Of a stretch of 64,000 nt of DNA, positions 29,501-38,799 are shown piece after piece. The stretch covers positions 1,344,001 to 1,408,000 of the forward strand of contig CAXXTU010000002.1 in NCBI GenBank assembly GCA_963662655.2. The letters are read 5' to 3'. The translations under genes and the position numbers were made by a program. The number at the start of each line of letters is the position of its first letter. Position 1 is the first letter of the stretch. The notes beneath the pieces are model-generated. The model saw only the letters and a program-made list of their open reading frames with translations. It was not told where the DNA came from and made no database searches. Source of the stretch: Candidatus Cloacimonadales bacterium (GTDB lineage Bacteria; Cloacimonadota; Cloacimonadia; Cloacimonadales; JAIOQZ01).

Positions 29501-30107
29501 CAACGAAGTCCACGAGTTGACCAGCGTTGCCTTCGCGGACAGCGCAGCATCCGATTACACCAACTTCGTCAGCGGCGATGTCCTCGCAGAAGGTAGCGAC
29601 GTCCTGATCGAAACCAAGACTGGTGGCCTCGATCCGAACTACAACTCCGGCTTCGAAGTGACCCTGCACTACACCGTCAATGGCGGCGCAGAGCAGTCTG
29701 TCGTCTTCAACTGGCAGGGTAGCGACCCCGAATACAGCTGGTGGCGTATCGGCCTTGAGAACGGCGTAGATATCGTGGATAACGATGTGATCGCTTTCTG
29801 GATTACCGCAACCGATTACAACGGCCCGGAATACACCGACAATAACGGAGGCGCGAATTACACGGTCACCGTGGGTCAGGCAGCTCCGCCGGCTGCGCCG
29901 CAGAACGTGACGATCACCGTGGTCGGAAGCGACGTACAGCTCTCCTGGCAGGCTGTCGCCGGCGCGACGAACTATCGTCTTCAGTCATGCGCTTCACCCG
30001 ACGGAACCTTCACCAATGTGATGATCACACCGAACACCTCGCTTACCATCATAGGTGGCGCGGGTTCAGCGAACATGAAATTCTATCGCGTCAAAGCGAT
30101 TCAATAA
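26517..30107 (+). CDS. Large secreted multi-module carbohydrate-binding protein (DOMON-like, Ig-like, three CBM20-like repeats, C-terminal FN3-like domain)
   Basis: Signal peptide; three repeats of QDVxVTF...GSVxPL..W...YKF...WE..NR.F.IDD; DNNGG.NY motifs. Confidence 0.7.
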   Translation: MIKKMIPLLCLMSLVIGLNAFTPIIDGTKDAEWGETPTEGTFTTMQPTNFNLEGGCYVTDDSNYIYFGIPTDVDPWGDGNSIHFHLSIDIRNTAAGGTGDAWGSQVHYGQTYLPDFDIICQWNDTAPTPGYTGFMTWNGTGWDQVQLDPANIAGGGGAFTEIAIPRSMLDNIDLNDDINVSLWQRPAWNKNNANACCPADASFPSDYGDGAGGTQTTQFAYTVSTQLADTTAPRMSSAVQTAPDMVRVTFNEPMGSGAQAAGNYSIDNGATINNVSMISSSVYDLTVGGLVAGTEYELTASSAIMDASGNPIDPSYNSDTFTASAYTDVTFTINDNSRIYEDINVKGSFDEWTLHQAYDDGTNGDPTAGDHSWTCVVTNVAEGSWEWGAIEDDGSEYGIWLIDGPNLQFAIDNTGAITGDTSYDIAGGIAQDVEVTFRVNIGGLEVDNISIQGSVLPLNWTPGSNLLTDVDNDKVYETTITFPTGSNFDVDYKFTREIASEREWLWEDVENRTFTIDDTQSSMTLDTVYWNNQQVNELTAVSFLDNTASEYTNFANGDELGAGSSIDIEAITEGADLNGNSGFGLTLRYRVNQGLEQSKAFTWQTNTDTTSFWRVSIPSEDLDEGDEVLFRITGTDYNGPVVEDNNGGQNYSVSIGTSGTQQDVDVTFTFNLGSSDATQVGIVGTVQPLGESGADNLMVDDNGDKIFTKTVTFPAGSPYSVSYNYARYMAEERSWQIEPSISRSFNLDDVTGTMDLGVEYWEGVAVSELTDVFFLDSGTSVYSNFVSGGSVEVDNNIQIEAQVAGEDVNANSNFQVTLYYHVNSGELQSKSFGWASNYEGNSWWHVMLENGVDVSNGDDVSFYIEASDYNGPVITDNNEGSSYTVSVLGETTSQDVTVTFSINIGALNADSISVQGSVAPLDWFGGSMPMNDDDGDCTYTVDVFFPAGSPFTVQYKFTRLTTSLREWAWEYVGNRSFQIDDSESTQVLELDYWNLNEVHELTSVAFADSAASDYTNFVSGDVLAEGSDVLIETKTGGLDPNYNSGFEVTLHYTVNGGAEQSVVFNWQGSDPEYSWWRIGLENGVDIVDNDVIAFWITATDYNGPEYTDNNGGANYTVTVGQAAPPAAPQNVTITVVGSDVQLSWQAVAGATNYRLQSCASPDGTFTNVMITPNTSLTIIGGAGSANMKFYRVKAIQ

Positions 30108-30122
30108 TCATCGAGTAAATAA

Positions 30123-30156
30123 AAAACGCCCCATCCGCAAGGACGGGGCGTTTCTT
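30123..30156. terminator. Bidirectional terminator between convergent genes
   Basis: AAAACGCCCCATCC-GCAA-GGACGGGGCGTTTCTTT. Confidence 0.75.
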
Positions 30157-30170
30157 TATAAAGCTAATAA

Positions 30171-30992
30171 TCATCGTGCCAGGTATTCGATAAGTCTGTC
30201 TGGGATAATAATCGTCTGCCGTAGTTCAAACTCGTTGCATTCACTCATGTTATTGACGGATATCGAGGAACTGCTGATGATGATGAAGTCTTTCCCGCGT
30301 ACATAATCCAGCGTTGCAATGGTGTATTGAATCTGCAGATAATAGTTGTTCACCTCTTGATATCCCTTCAAGCAGTTCGCCGGAAACGTGAATGCCCTCT
30401 CCTCCGCACCGATTTCCGAAAAGAACTCATCCACTGGCGCGGTTTCCCATGTTGTGGTATTGACCAGCGATGTTTGCCCCCAGGCGACCTGCGTTGGATT
30501 ATCTGCATCCAGCGTCCATGAAAACGCGGCTTCATCTTCGAGTCCGTGAATTTCATACGGGAACTCCCAAACAGCGGGATAGGCTATTTGCACCGTCCCC
30601 TCTACCGTGCGGGAGAATGTCATGAGGTCATCGTCGAGCAACTTGTATGTGTAGCTGATTTCACAGCTCTCACCCGGGACGAGACGCCCGGCAAGATCGA
30701 ATCCCGCTTCTTCGGGTCGCAAGAAATATGTGCTGTCGGAAACGTCTTCGCCATCGACGAGAAGAATATGCTGAAATTCACCTCCGAACGTATCGGGATC
30801 CACGATTTCTTCAGACACCGATACCCAGGCATAGGCGCATCCTTCTAACGGACAGGCGACACTTACTTTGATATCTACCTTGTTCGCTTCCTTCAAAGGA
30901 TTGAAAATCGAATCTCCATCGCTATCGTCGCTGCAGCCCACGAGCAGGATTAACATCAGTGCCAAGCATGATATCACAACATTCTTTCTCAC
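30171..30992 (-). CDS. Lipoprotein, paralog family member 2
   Basis: GGAGG SD, GTG start, lipobox LVGC followed by SDDSD; FSWTLDADN, FTFPANC. Confidence 0.75.
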   Translation of the reverse strand: MRKNVVISCLALMLILLVGCSDDSDGDSIFNPLKEANKVDIKVSVACPLEGCAYAWVSVSEEIVDPDTFGGEFQHILLVDGEDVSDSTYFLRPEEAGFDLAGRLVPGESCEISYTYKLLDDDLMTFSRTVEGTVQIAYPAVWEFPYEIHGLEDEAAFSWTLDADNPTQVAWGQTSLVNTTTWETAPVDEFFSEIGAEERAFTFPANCLKGYQEVNNYYLQIQYTIATLDYVRGKDFIIISSSSISVNNMSECNEFELRQTIIIPDRLIEYLAR

Positions 30993-31017
30993 TTCACCTC
31001 CAGAATTCAGTTCTAAT

Positions 31018-31830
31018 TCAATCGATTTGCAGCAAGTACTCAGCTTCGGACCATATTTGCCTGTAGACCACATCCTTGTCCAGCGAGGAATTGGAATTCG
31101 AGCAAAAACCCGCGTTACTGCTTACGATCAGGCACCCATCGCCGTAAGAGAAATTCATCGTATAAACAACGCATGAGTAGTGCACTTCCTCCGAATCTTT
31201 CGGCAACCCGAACGATCCCACACAATCGGCGGGGAATGTATATTGCGACGCCATTACGGACAACTCTTCGTAGAATTCCTCATAATCGGAGCCATCATTC
31301 AAATAGCTCAAGGCGTATGCATATTGTCGCTGATTGTTCTCTGTAAGAGTCCAATAAAATGTAACTTCATCGTCAAACGTGTCAAATCGCTCGGGCACGT
31401 TCCAGAATGCCTTATTGCAAATCACGATGTCCCCGTTCACGGTTCTGGCGTATGTTGGCTGGCCGTTCTCGGATAACGTGAGGCTTAACTTGACCGTATG
31501 ATGTTCTCCAGGAAGCATATAATCCGGTAACATGTACTCCACCAGGCGACAATTCTCATGCCACTTGTACTGGGATATGTCCTCGCCATCGAGCATGACC
31601 CGATACTCGTATTCGCCATCGTAGTAAAGCTCGACAATGTCGCTCGACGTGATACACGACAGGATTGTCCAGTCGCTCTCCTCGTTGGGAAGGAACTTTA
31701 TGATGAAAGAAGCGGTATCTTCCAGCTCGTCGATACCAACCAATCCTCCCCCACTGCCGTCATCGTGAGTACAGCCAATAAATAACGAAGACAGGATTAC
31801 CGACACGATTATCATGGATAAACATTTCAT
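31018..31830 (-). CDS. Lipoprotein, paralog family member 1
   Basis: Lipobox FIGC; FYWTLTENN, YTFPADC. Confidence 0.75.
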   Translation of the reverse strand: MKCLSMIIVSVILSSLFIGCTHDDGSGGGLVGIDELEDTASFIIKFLPNEESDWTILSCITSSDIVELYYDGEYEYRVMLDGEDISQYKWHENCRLVEYMLPDYMLPGEHHTVKLSLTLSENGQPTYARTVNGDIVICNKAFWNVPERFDTFDDEVTFYWTLTENNQRQYAYALSYLNDGSDYEEFYEELSVMASQYTFPADCVGSFGLPKDSEEVHYSCVVYTMNFSYGDGCLIVSSNAGFCSNSNSSLDKDVVYRQIWSEAEYLLQID

Positions 31831-32252
31831 TGCGCGCCTCCGGCATAAGAATTGTTATGATTTTAATAATTACACAGAAGGTGTCAAGAAAAAGAAAAAA
31901 ACCTCCCCGACTCACCGCAATGATTGTCCAAGTCGATCACGGAAATAATAAATTGGATTCTCGGAAGTTTCAAGCGATTAGCTTGTAGCCGGTTACCGAA
32001 CAACGGCCCAAGGGTGGGTGGCTTATCGTTTTCAATACCAGTAGAATGCGCTACAAACACCACAATTCGTTTGAAGGAGCATTCTCAAAGCTCAAAAGAA
32101 AACGGAGAAATCATTCGAGCATTAAACAGTGAAGAAAAGTAGAATGATCGATGAAATACTATCTAAACAACAACCAGTTTTTACCCTTTTGTCCGATAGG
32201 TGGTGATTTAGCGGATTGAGTGACAAACTGCAAATAAAAGAGTTAAAAAAAA

Positions 32253-32330
32253 TGGTCGGGATGAGAAGATTCGAACTTCCGACCTCACGGTCCCGAACCG
32301 TGCGCGCTAACCGGACTGCGCTACATCCCG
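32253..32330 (-). tRNA. tRNA-Pro (anticodon CGG)
   Basis: CGGGATGTAGCGCAG...CACGG-TTCGGGA-CCGTG...GTTCGAATC...CATCCCGACCA with encoded CCA. Confidence 0.97.
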
Positions 32331-32451
32331 ACTTCAATTACGCTAAAATCGGAACCCGCACTTTCTTGTCAAATGATTTTTAGCGGATTTCGCAATGAAA
32401 CCATCATGCAATCAAGAAACGTCCCACAATCGTACCATTAACAAGCGGGAG

Positions 32452-33309
32452 CTATTCGCTTTCCGGCAACAAAATGAAGAACTGATCACGAACGCTCAAT
32501 TCCTCATTGAATGGCTCAAGAGCAGGGGAAATGACAGCGATGCGCAAGTTCGGCTCTCTCGTGGAAAGCCTTGCCACCGTTCCCAAGCGGCCTCGTGAAT
32601 GGAAGTCTCCGTTGAAATGAATGATCCGCATTCCCGGATTTTCCTGGATGAATACGGCGATGCTCTCGGCCATCGTATCGTCCTTCATGCATTGCGCGGC
32701 GTAAAGGTTTTCCAAATTCATCTTGCCCATGGCGTGCGCTTCTCCACCCATGCCGGACGTCATCGTTTCGAGGAAGCGCTTTTTATACTCGTCATTCGGC
32801 GCGTGAAGCTCGCTTGCGACGTAAGTCTCATCCTCGTCGGTAAAGCTTTCGAGAGCCTCTACCCCGCCCCGGCTTATCTTCGCGGCTAGGCGTCTCGGAA
32901 CATTCGCTGCGATGACGCGCAATTGATTTTCTCGCGCGAATTCGATGATTGGCCGGTAGTCGCTTGCATAATTCGGCCAGGGACGGGAGTTCTCCAGGAA
33001 CTCGTCCTCGGTGACGGAGGCTTCCAGGTACCGATCAAGAACGCCCTGAACGTCCCGCTCGAACATCTCCATCGAGACGGCCAGCTTCGGATCCTTCTCA
33101 TACAACGCTTTCAAGAGCTCTGCCTCGAGCTTGTGCAATACCTCATTATCATGATACTCGCCGAAGAAGATCACATCGTACGGCGCCAGCTCATCCACAA
33201 AGTGCTCGAATGTTATCGGATTGGAATTCTCCGGACCAATGATCTCGTATTCCTGACAAAAAAGCGCTGAGACGATTATCAGTCCCAGCGCTAACATCAT
33301 CCATTTCAT
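32452..33309 (-). CDS. ChaN-family (haem-uptake/EreA-like) periplasmic protein
   Basis: DVIFFGEYH, SMEMFERDVQ, WPNY..DYRP, AANVPR, DDTMAESI, NGDFHS. Confidence 0.85.
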   Translation of the reverse strand: MKWMMLALGLIIVSALFCQEYEIIGPENSNPITFEHFVDELAPYDVIFFGEYHDNEVLHKLEAELLKALYEKDPKLAVSMEMFERDVQGVLDRYLEASVTEDEFLENSRPWPNYASDYRPIIEFARENQLRVIAANVPRRLAAKISRGGVEALESFTDEDETYVASELHAPNDEYKKRFLETMTSGMGGEAHAMGKMNLENLYAAQCMKDDTMAESIAVFIQENPGMRIIHFNGDFHSRGRLGTVARLSTREPNLRIAVISPALEPFNEELSVRDQFFILLPESE

Positions 33310-34955
33310 CGAAGAACCGTGATCTTACGTGTGACCGGTCCTACTGAGGATTCGGCCCTGACAAAATACACCCCTTCGCCCACTTTCCGATCACGGGTGT
33401 CCCGACCGTCCCATACGGCATGTCCCTGCGCGTCGGTCTGAATCTCTCGCACCATCTGCCCCCGAACATTGTAGATCGATACGGGAACGGGCTTCTGCGT
33501 GGGAATGGAAAGCTTGAGGAACTCGCCGGAATACGGATTCGGGGCAATCGAAAGGCGGATCGGGGCTTCAGTAAGATCGTCGTCCACTGAAACTTGCTCG
33601 TCGACCTCGTACTCGTAGGTCACGCTGTGGTGGCTCTGGTTCGAGAACACCAGGATCACGCTGCTGTAGTTTTCGCTGGTAGCATGCGAAGTAAACGTAA
33701 GCTCGTCGTCGCAGTAGTGCATCAAGACCAGCGTTCCTGCCGGATCGTTACCCAGCCGGACTTCCGCGATGGCAACGGGATTGTTGACGCTCACCTCGAA
33801 AGTCAGCGGCGTTTCGCCCGTAACGATCTTGCTGTATTCAGCCGCCCAGGGGCTCACAGTTCCCGAGCCGTCGTCCGGCAGGCTCGTATGAAGATTCTGG
33901 GCGTGGAAAAGCGGCAGATCGAGCAATTCATAGCCATACAGTCCTTCGTAGGGATGCAGATCGTTTATGAAATTGGCGATTGTCCAATCGTGGAACAGGT
34001 CTTCAAAGAACATACCCACCTCGTGGGCGTCCATCACGTCCTCGATGCCATTGATTCCGTTAGTGGGATTGGAAACGATATCCTGAATCAACGTTCCGTC
34101 GTCGTAATGCTCTGCCAAATAGGTAAAAAAGAGCATCACTTTCACGTAGTCCGCGAATTCTTGTTCCCACTCGATAAGCGAGTTGTCGGGATTGGTGTTG
34201 AAGCCGGTAATGGGATCGGGCAGGCCGAACCATACCATCGCCAGCTCCGCGCAGCCTTCGTCCACCCAGGTTTCTTCGTTGGGATCGCCTCCCCAGTGAA
34301 TAAGATGCTGCAATTCGTGCGCGAGCACGGAAATTCGTATCATCTCGACCGGATCGAGCGGGGAGCAGGTCATGTAGATCATTTCACATTCGTTGCTGTG
34401 ACCGGCTGGACTCATCTGCTGCGCCTCTTGTTCGGTCACTTGGTTGTAAGGGCTGAAGTAGCCGTCGAACATGCTTCCCTGGAACTGTCCCAAAGCCGAG
34501 TAGAAAACGATTAGCTTCGGGTCGTTGTCCAACTCGTCCGGAATGGGCCCGAAGAGCTCGGCGTCCATCTGGATTGCCCCATATTGATCGGAGTTCAGCG
34601 TTTCTTCTTCCAGATACGGCATGATCGTGTCCACATCGTCCTGATCCATGTTGCTGTTCCACTGGTCGTCTGCGACAAACAGATAGCAATGCTCGCCCAC
34701 CGCGCGGCAGGTGGCGTCCGTCTGTATCCAGCTCGGGGGCATGATGCTCAGGTTCCAACGCCAGAAAGTCCTGGTATCGCCAACTTCATAATCCCTCACA
34801 TCGCGGCTCATTTTGGTCTGCCGATGTTGTTCGGAACTCTTCCATTGCTCGGTCTGTATCGATAACTCACGTCTGAAATTATCGAACTCGCCGTTTGTAA
34901 AAGCAGACGCGATCGTCCCTATGAGAACCAAAGCGATTACGAGAATGTATTTCAT
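33306..34955 (-). CDS. Secreted zinc metallopeptidase (M30/immune-inhibitor-A-like) with FlgD-Ig C-terminal domain
   Basis: LAHELQHLIH, ETWVDEGCAE; C-terminal PNPY...SIYNVRGQMVR...WDGRD...GVYFVR. Confidence 0.8.
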   Translation of the reverse strand: MKYILVIALVLIGTIASAFTNGEFDNFRRELSIQTEQWKSSEQHRQTKMSRDVRDYEVGDTRTFWRWNLSIMPPSWIQTDATCRAVGEHCYLFVADDQWNSNMDQDDVDTIMPYLEEETLNSDQYGAIQMDAELFGPIPDELDNDPKLIVFYSALGQFQGSMFDGYFSPYNQVTEQEAQQMSPAGHSNECEMIYMTCSPLDPVEMIRISVLAHELQHLIHWGGDPNEETWVDEGCAELAMVWFGLPDPITGFNTNPDNSLIEWEQEFADYVKVMLFFTYLAEHYDDGTLIQDIVSNPTNGINGIEDVMDAHEVGMFFEDLFHDWTIANFINDLHPYEGLYGYELLDLPLFHAQNLHTSLPDDGSGTVSPWAAEYSKIVTGETPLTFEVSVNNPVAIAEVRLGNDPAGTLVLMHYCDDELTFTSHATSENYSSVILVFSNQSHHSVTYEYEVDEQVSVDDDLTEAPIRLSIAPNPYSGEFLKLSIPTQKPVPVSIYNVRGQMVREIQTDAQGHAVWDGRDTRDRKVGEGVYFVRAESSVGPVTRKITVLR

Positions 34956-35022
34956 ACAAAACCTCCTTTCGTACCTTCCTGAAAAAATAATGGAACAGAA
35001 AAGTTGTCAATTTCATTATTGT

Positions 35023-35051
35023 TTGATTCTTTTGATCGGATCATGTATAAT
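35023..35051 (+). promoter_or_regulatory. Sigma70-like promoter
   Basis: TTGATT-N17-TATAAT upstream of GGAGG SD and ATG 35080. Confidence 0.6.
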
Positions 35052-35079
35052 ACCGCGAGACAGTCGGATTGGAGGTACG

Positions 35080-35826
35080 ATGGATCGAACGGAAATCGTT
35101 TTGATCGGAACGCTTCACGAAGCGCACAGAAAGAATGCGAACTTTTCTGTTTATGATCTGCATAAAATCCTGCGCAGGATCGAGCCGGAAGTCCTCTTCC
35201 TCGATCTGCCCGTCAGTCTCGCCGGACGACGCGGAACAATCCCGCGTCGCATTATCAATGAAGGAGATCTCCCGGAGCTCGAAGCGATTCGCGAGATTGT
35301 TTCGCGTGAAAGCCTGGACGTCATTCCATTCGATATCCCCGATCTGATCGATCGGATCGAGCGGATCAATTCCAGGCGCGATGAAGCGGGAGAATTATTG
35401 AACAAGTGGCAGTCGGAACTGGAAAGAAATGACGCGAACGCTATGTATCTTCAGATGTTATCGCTGGCCCTGGAGCTTAGGGAAATTCAAAATTTCCACT
35501 ATGTCAACGTCGATCCGTTTATCATTAATTCCACGGGGTTCGACCGCATCGTTAGGCTGCGGCACAACATCTGGAGTGAACTGCTTCCCGAAATATTACG
35601 GAAGTTCGCTCGCTTTGAGAAACTCAGAAATTATTGGATGAATTACTACGAATTCTGGTATTATCGCAATTCCAAGATGGTTGAGAATATTCATCACACA
35701 CTGGAACATTTTCAGGGGAAACGCTGCGCGATTCTCGTCGGCGCGGAACACCGCTATGTATTGAAAGACATGTTTCCCCGCTCGGATAATTACATTGTAA
35801 AGGAATTTTATGACCTCGAACTCTAA
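35080..35826 (+). CDS. Hypothetical protein (TraB/EreA-ChaN-like fold)
   Basis: LIGTLH...PEVLFLD...RNSKMVENI...ILVGAEH pattern. Confidence 0.6.
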   Translation: MDRTEIVLIGTLHEAHRKNANFSVYDLHKILRRIEPEVLFLDLPVSLAGRRGTIPRRIINEGDLPELEAIREIVSRESLDVIPFDIPDLIDRIERINSRRDEAGELLNKWQSELERNDANAMYLQMLSLALELREIQNFHYVNVDPFIINSTGFDRIVRLRHNIWSELLPEILRKFARFEKLRNYWMNYYEFWYYRNSKMVENIHHTLEHFQGKRCAILVGAEHRYVLKDMFPRSDNYIVKEFYDLEL

Positions 35827-37246
35827 TGGTGATTTGCAGGGCAAATCATCTTCTCATGGTGATTTGCAAAACAAATCATCTTCAGCAGCAAGAAAACAAG
35901 TACTCGACGACAGTAATATTCGCAAACTATTGATCAAGCTTTCGCTGCCGGCAATGGTCGGCATGATGATTCAAGCGCTATACAACGTGGTCGATCGTAT
36001 CTACGTCGGTCAGGGCGTGGGAAAGGAAGCGATCGCCGGAATTACGATATGCTTCCCCATCCAGATGATGGCGCTGGCCGTCGGTACCACGGTGGGAATC
36101 GGTGCCGCATCCATGATATCGCGCAGCCTCGGTTCAGGCGATATCGATCGGGCGGACAGGACGTTCGGCAACGCGGTCCTGCTCTCGGTCGTTTTCGGAT
36201 CGTTGATCGCGACATTCGGACTCACCAACATCGACTGGCTATTGAACGTATTCGGCTCTACCCCGTCGATCTACCAGCACGCGCGGGACTATCTCGGAAC
36301 GATCCTTATCGGTAACGTCTTCTTCGCCTATTCGGTTGCCAGCAACAACATCATCCGCTCGGAGGGAAACGCAAAGGTCGCGATGATCTCCATGCTAATC
36401 TCAGCTCTCAGCAACATCATTCTGGATCCGATCTTCATCTTCTGGTTTAAAATGGGCGTTCGAGGAGCGGCAATCGCCACAGTTATGGCACAATTTTTAA
36501 TGGCAGTATGGGTAACGAGATATCACCTTTCCGGGGGCAGCCATCTTACATTCCGGTTCTCCTATCTCAAACCCGTGTGGAATATCATACGTGAAATGAT
36601 GGCGATCGGAAGCTCGTCCTTCGCTCGGCAGATTGCCATGAGCGGCAGCGCGATCCTGGTCAACCAGTCGCTACGGCACTATGGTTCCGAGACCCACATC
36701 GCCGCGTTTGGGATTATCAACAGCATCATCATGATGGTTATGATGCCGATATTCGGCATTTCGCAAGCGCTACAACCGATTATCGGTTTCAACTACGGTG
36801 CGAAGCGATATTTTCAGATCAAACGAGCCTACATCATGGCCTCGGGGGCAGGTACGGTGATCATCGTCATAGGAACGGCGATCATGGCGTTGTTCCCAAC
36901 GCTGCTTATCAAGGCGTTCACAACGGATACCGAGCTGATTCATGAAGCGGCGCGATACATGCGAGTGATCATCTTTGGCTTGCCGTTCGTCGCGCTCCAG
37001 ATTAATGGAACCGTCAATTTCCAAGCAACCGGGAAGGCTTCCGCGGCGATGCTGCTGTCTCTTTCGAGGCAGGTTCTGATGCTGATACCTATGGTCATCG
37101 TTCTCCCGAAATTCTTCGGTCTGTTTGGCGTGTTCGTATCCTTCCCCATCTCGGACATCCTCACAACGCTCCTTACACTGGTTTTCGTGATCAGGCAAAT
37201 CCGCCATTTCAATAAGCTGAGCGCTCTTGAAACGGTGAATGTATGA
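35810..37246 (+). CDS. MATE-family efflux transporter
   Basis: LSLPAMVGM..ALYNVVDRIYVG, NIILDPIFIF, GAAIATV, QPIIGFNYGAK. Confidence 0.93.
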   Translation: MTSNSNGDLQGKSSSHGDLQNKSSSAARKQVLDDSNIRKLLIKLSLPAMVGMMIQALYNVVDRIYVGQGVGKEAIAGITICFPIQMMALAVGTTVGIGAASMISRSLGSGDIDRADRTFGNAVLLSVVFGSLIATFGLTNIDWLLNVFGSTPSIYQHARDYLGTILIGNVFFAYSVASNNIIRSEGNAKVAMISMLISALSNIILDPIFIFWFKMGVRGAAIATVMAQFLMAVWVTRYHLSGGSHLTFRFSYLKPVWNIIREMMAIGSSSFARQIAMSGSAILVNQSLRHYGSETHIAAFGIINSIIMMVMMPIFGISQALQPIIGFNYGAKRYFQIKRAYIMASGAGTVIIVIGTAIMALFPTLLIKAFTTDTELIHEAARYMRVIIFGLPFVALQINGTVNFQATGKASAAMLLSLSRQVLMLIPMVIVLPKFFGLFGVFVSFPISDILTTLLTLVFVIRQIRHFNKLSALETVNV

Positions 37247-38799
37247 GTAACCGGCAGCTTGCCAGAAACACGCTCGCCATGACATTGGCCGTGTTCCTGA
37301 GCCGGATTCTCGGCCTGGCTCGCGACCTCATTTTTGCCGGATTCTTCGGGACGTCCTATGTGGCGGACGCCTTCAACCTGGCGTTCCTGCTTCCCAATCT
37401 ACTGCGCAGGCTGTTCGGCGAAGGCGCGCTCTCGGCAGCCTTCGTTCCGCTCTACAACGAGATGGGGATCAAGGCAGGCGCGAAGGAACAAATCCGCTAC
37501 GGGCTGCAAGTCGTAAGCGTTCTGAGCATCTTCCTCGTGATACTGAGCCTGATCGGGACGCTGTTCGCACCGCTGATCGTAAGGATATTCGCGCCGGGAT
37601 TCGACGAAGAGACCGCCGACCTGACGGTCAAACTGGCGCGTATCATGTTCCCATACCTGTTTTTGGTCGGCGTGTCTTCCACATTGATCTCGATCCTGAA
37701 CTCCCACGGTCATTTCTTCATTCCGGGGCTTTCTTCCGCCTTTTTCAACGTGGGCATGATCGCCGTGCTCGGAATTTATGCACTGCTGAAACCTTCCGAC
37801 ATTAACGTCTATGCCGTGGCGCTGTCCTGGGGTGTGCTCCTGGGCGGCGTTTTGCAGACGGTTGTCAATTTCCCGCAGCTACACAGGCATGGCTACAGGA
37901 TCATGCTTTATTTGAAGGGAAACCGCACGGCAATGGGGCAGCTATGGAATCGCTTCATCCCGGGAGTTGTCGGAATCGCGATCCTGCAAATCAATCTTGT
38001 GATCGACCGGATGCTGGCGTCGTTCCTTCCGGAGGGAAGCATCTCGTCGCTTACGTACGCATATCGTCTGATGCAGCTTCCGCTGGGCATGTTTGCCGTT
38101 GCGGCGGGGACCGCGGCCATTCCCGAATTCTCGCGCCTGATCGTGCAGAAGAACTGGAAGGAACTTGCCGACAAAATCCGCTTCGCATCCCTTTCGATGA
38201 TTCTTCTCATGGTCCCGGTGACCGCTTTTATCGCGGCCTCGGCAGAGGATCTTATCCGCGTGATTTTCATGCGGGGAGAGTTTGACGCCGAAGCGCTCGC
38301 CATGACAACACCGGCCCTGATCATGTACAGCGCCGGACTGGTTTTCTTCAGCGTAAACCGCATCCTGGTGCCCGTTTTTCACGCGCATGGCAACACGAAG
38401 ACACCCGTGATCATTTCGGGAGCATCCACAGTTGTAAATATCGTGTTCAATCTCATCCTGATGCAGTTTTTTGCTCATGTCGGGCTGGCGATGGCAACAT
38501 CGATCTCCGCCGTTTTCCAGATGATCGTTCTGATGGCGCTAATCAGGAGAAAGTATCCGGCGATACAAGCGCCTTCCATGCTGAAGCAGGTTTTCCAGAG
38601 TCTCGCGATTGGAGCGCTTGTTTACGCAGCGAAGGTTCCGCTGGTTTTCATGTTACCTGGAACGAGCTGGCTTTTCGCTGCGATGCGGGTTGCTTTGCAT
38701 ATCGCGTTGACCATCATAATATGTTTTCTCGGTTTGCGCTTGATGGGCGTAGCCTTTGATATGAAGAGACGCAGGTTCACATGGAAAATAAGTTCCTGA
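37243..38799 (+). CDS. murJ: Lipid II flippase MurJ
   Basis: SRILGLARD, PNLLRRLFGEGALSAAFVP, YRLMQLPLG. Confidence 0.95.
   Translation: MSNRQLARNTLAMTLAVFLSRILGLARDLIFAGFFGTSYVADAFNLAFLLPNLLRRLFGEGALSAAFVPLYNEMGIKAGAKEQIRYGLQVVSVLSIFLVILSLIGTLFAPLIVRIFAPGFDEETADLTVKLARIMFPYLFLVGVSSTLISILNSHGHFFIPGLSSAFFNVGMIAVLGIYALLKPSDINVYAVALSWGVLLGGVLQTVVNFPQLHRHGYRIMLYLKGNRTAMGQLWNRFIPGVVGIAILQINLVIDRMLASFLPEGSISSLTYAYRLMQLPLGMFAVAAGTAAIPEFSRLIVQKNWKELADKIRFASLSMILLMVPVTAFIAASAEDLIRVIFMRGEFDAEALAMTTPALIMYSAGLVFFSVNRILVPVFHAHGNTKTPVIISGASTVVNIVFNLILMQFFAHVGLAMATSISAVFQMIVLMALIRRKYPAIQAPSMLKQVFQSLAIGALVYAAKVPLVFMLPGTSWLFAAMRVALHIALTIIICFLGLRLMGVAFDMKRRRFTWKISS

Noticed and set aside
31860..32250. Integrated element at the tRNA-Pro 3' end, and the 72-aa ORF 31924-32142
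   Set aside because: AT-rich, but no integrase, no duplicated tRNA 3' end found, and no recognisable protein.
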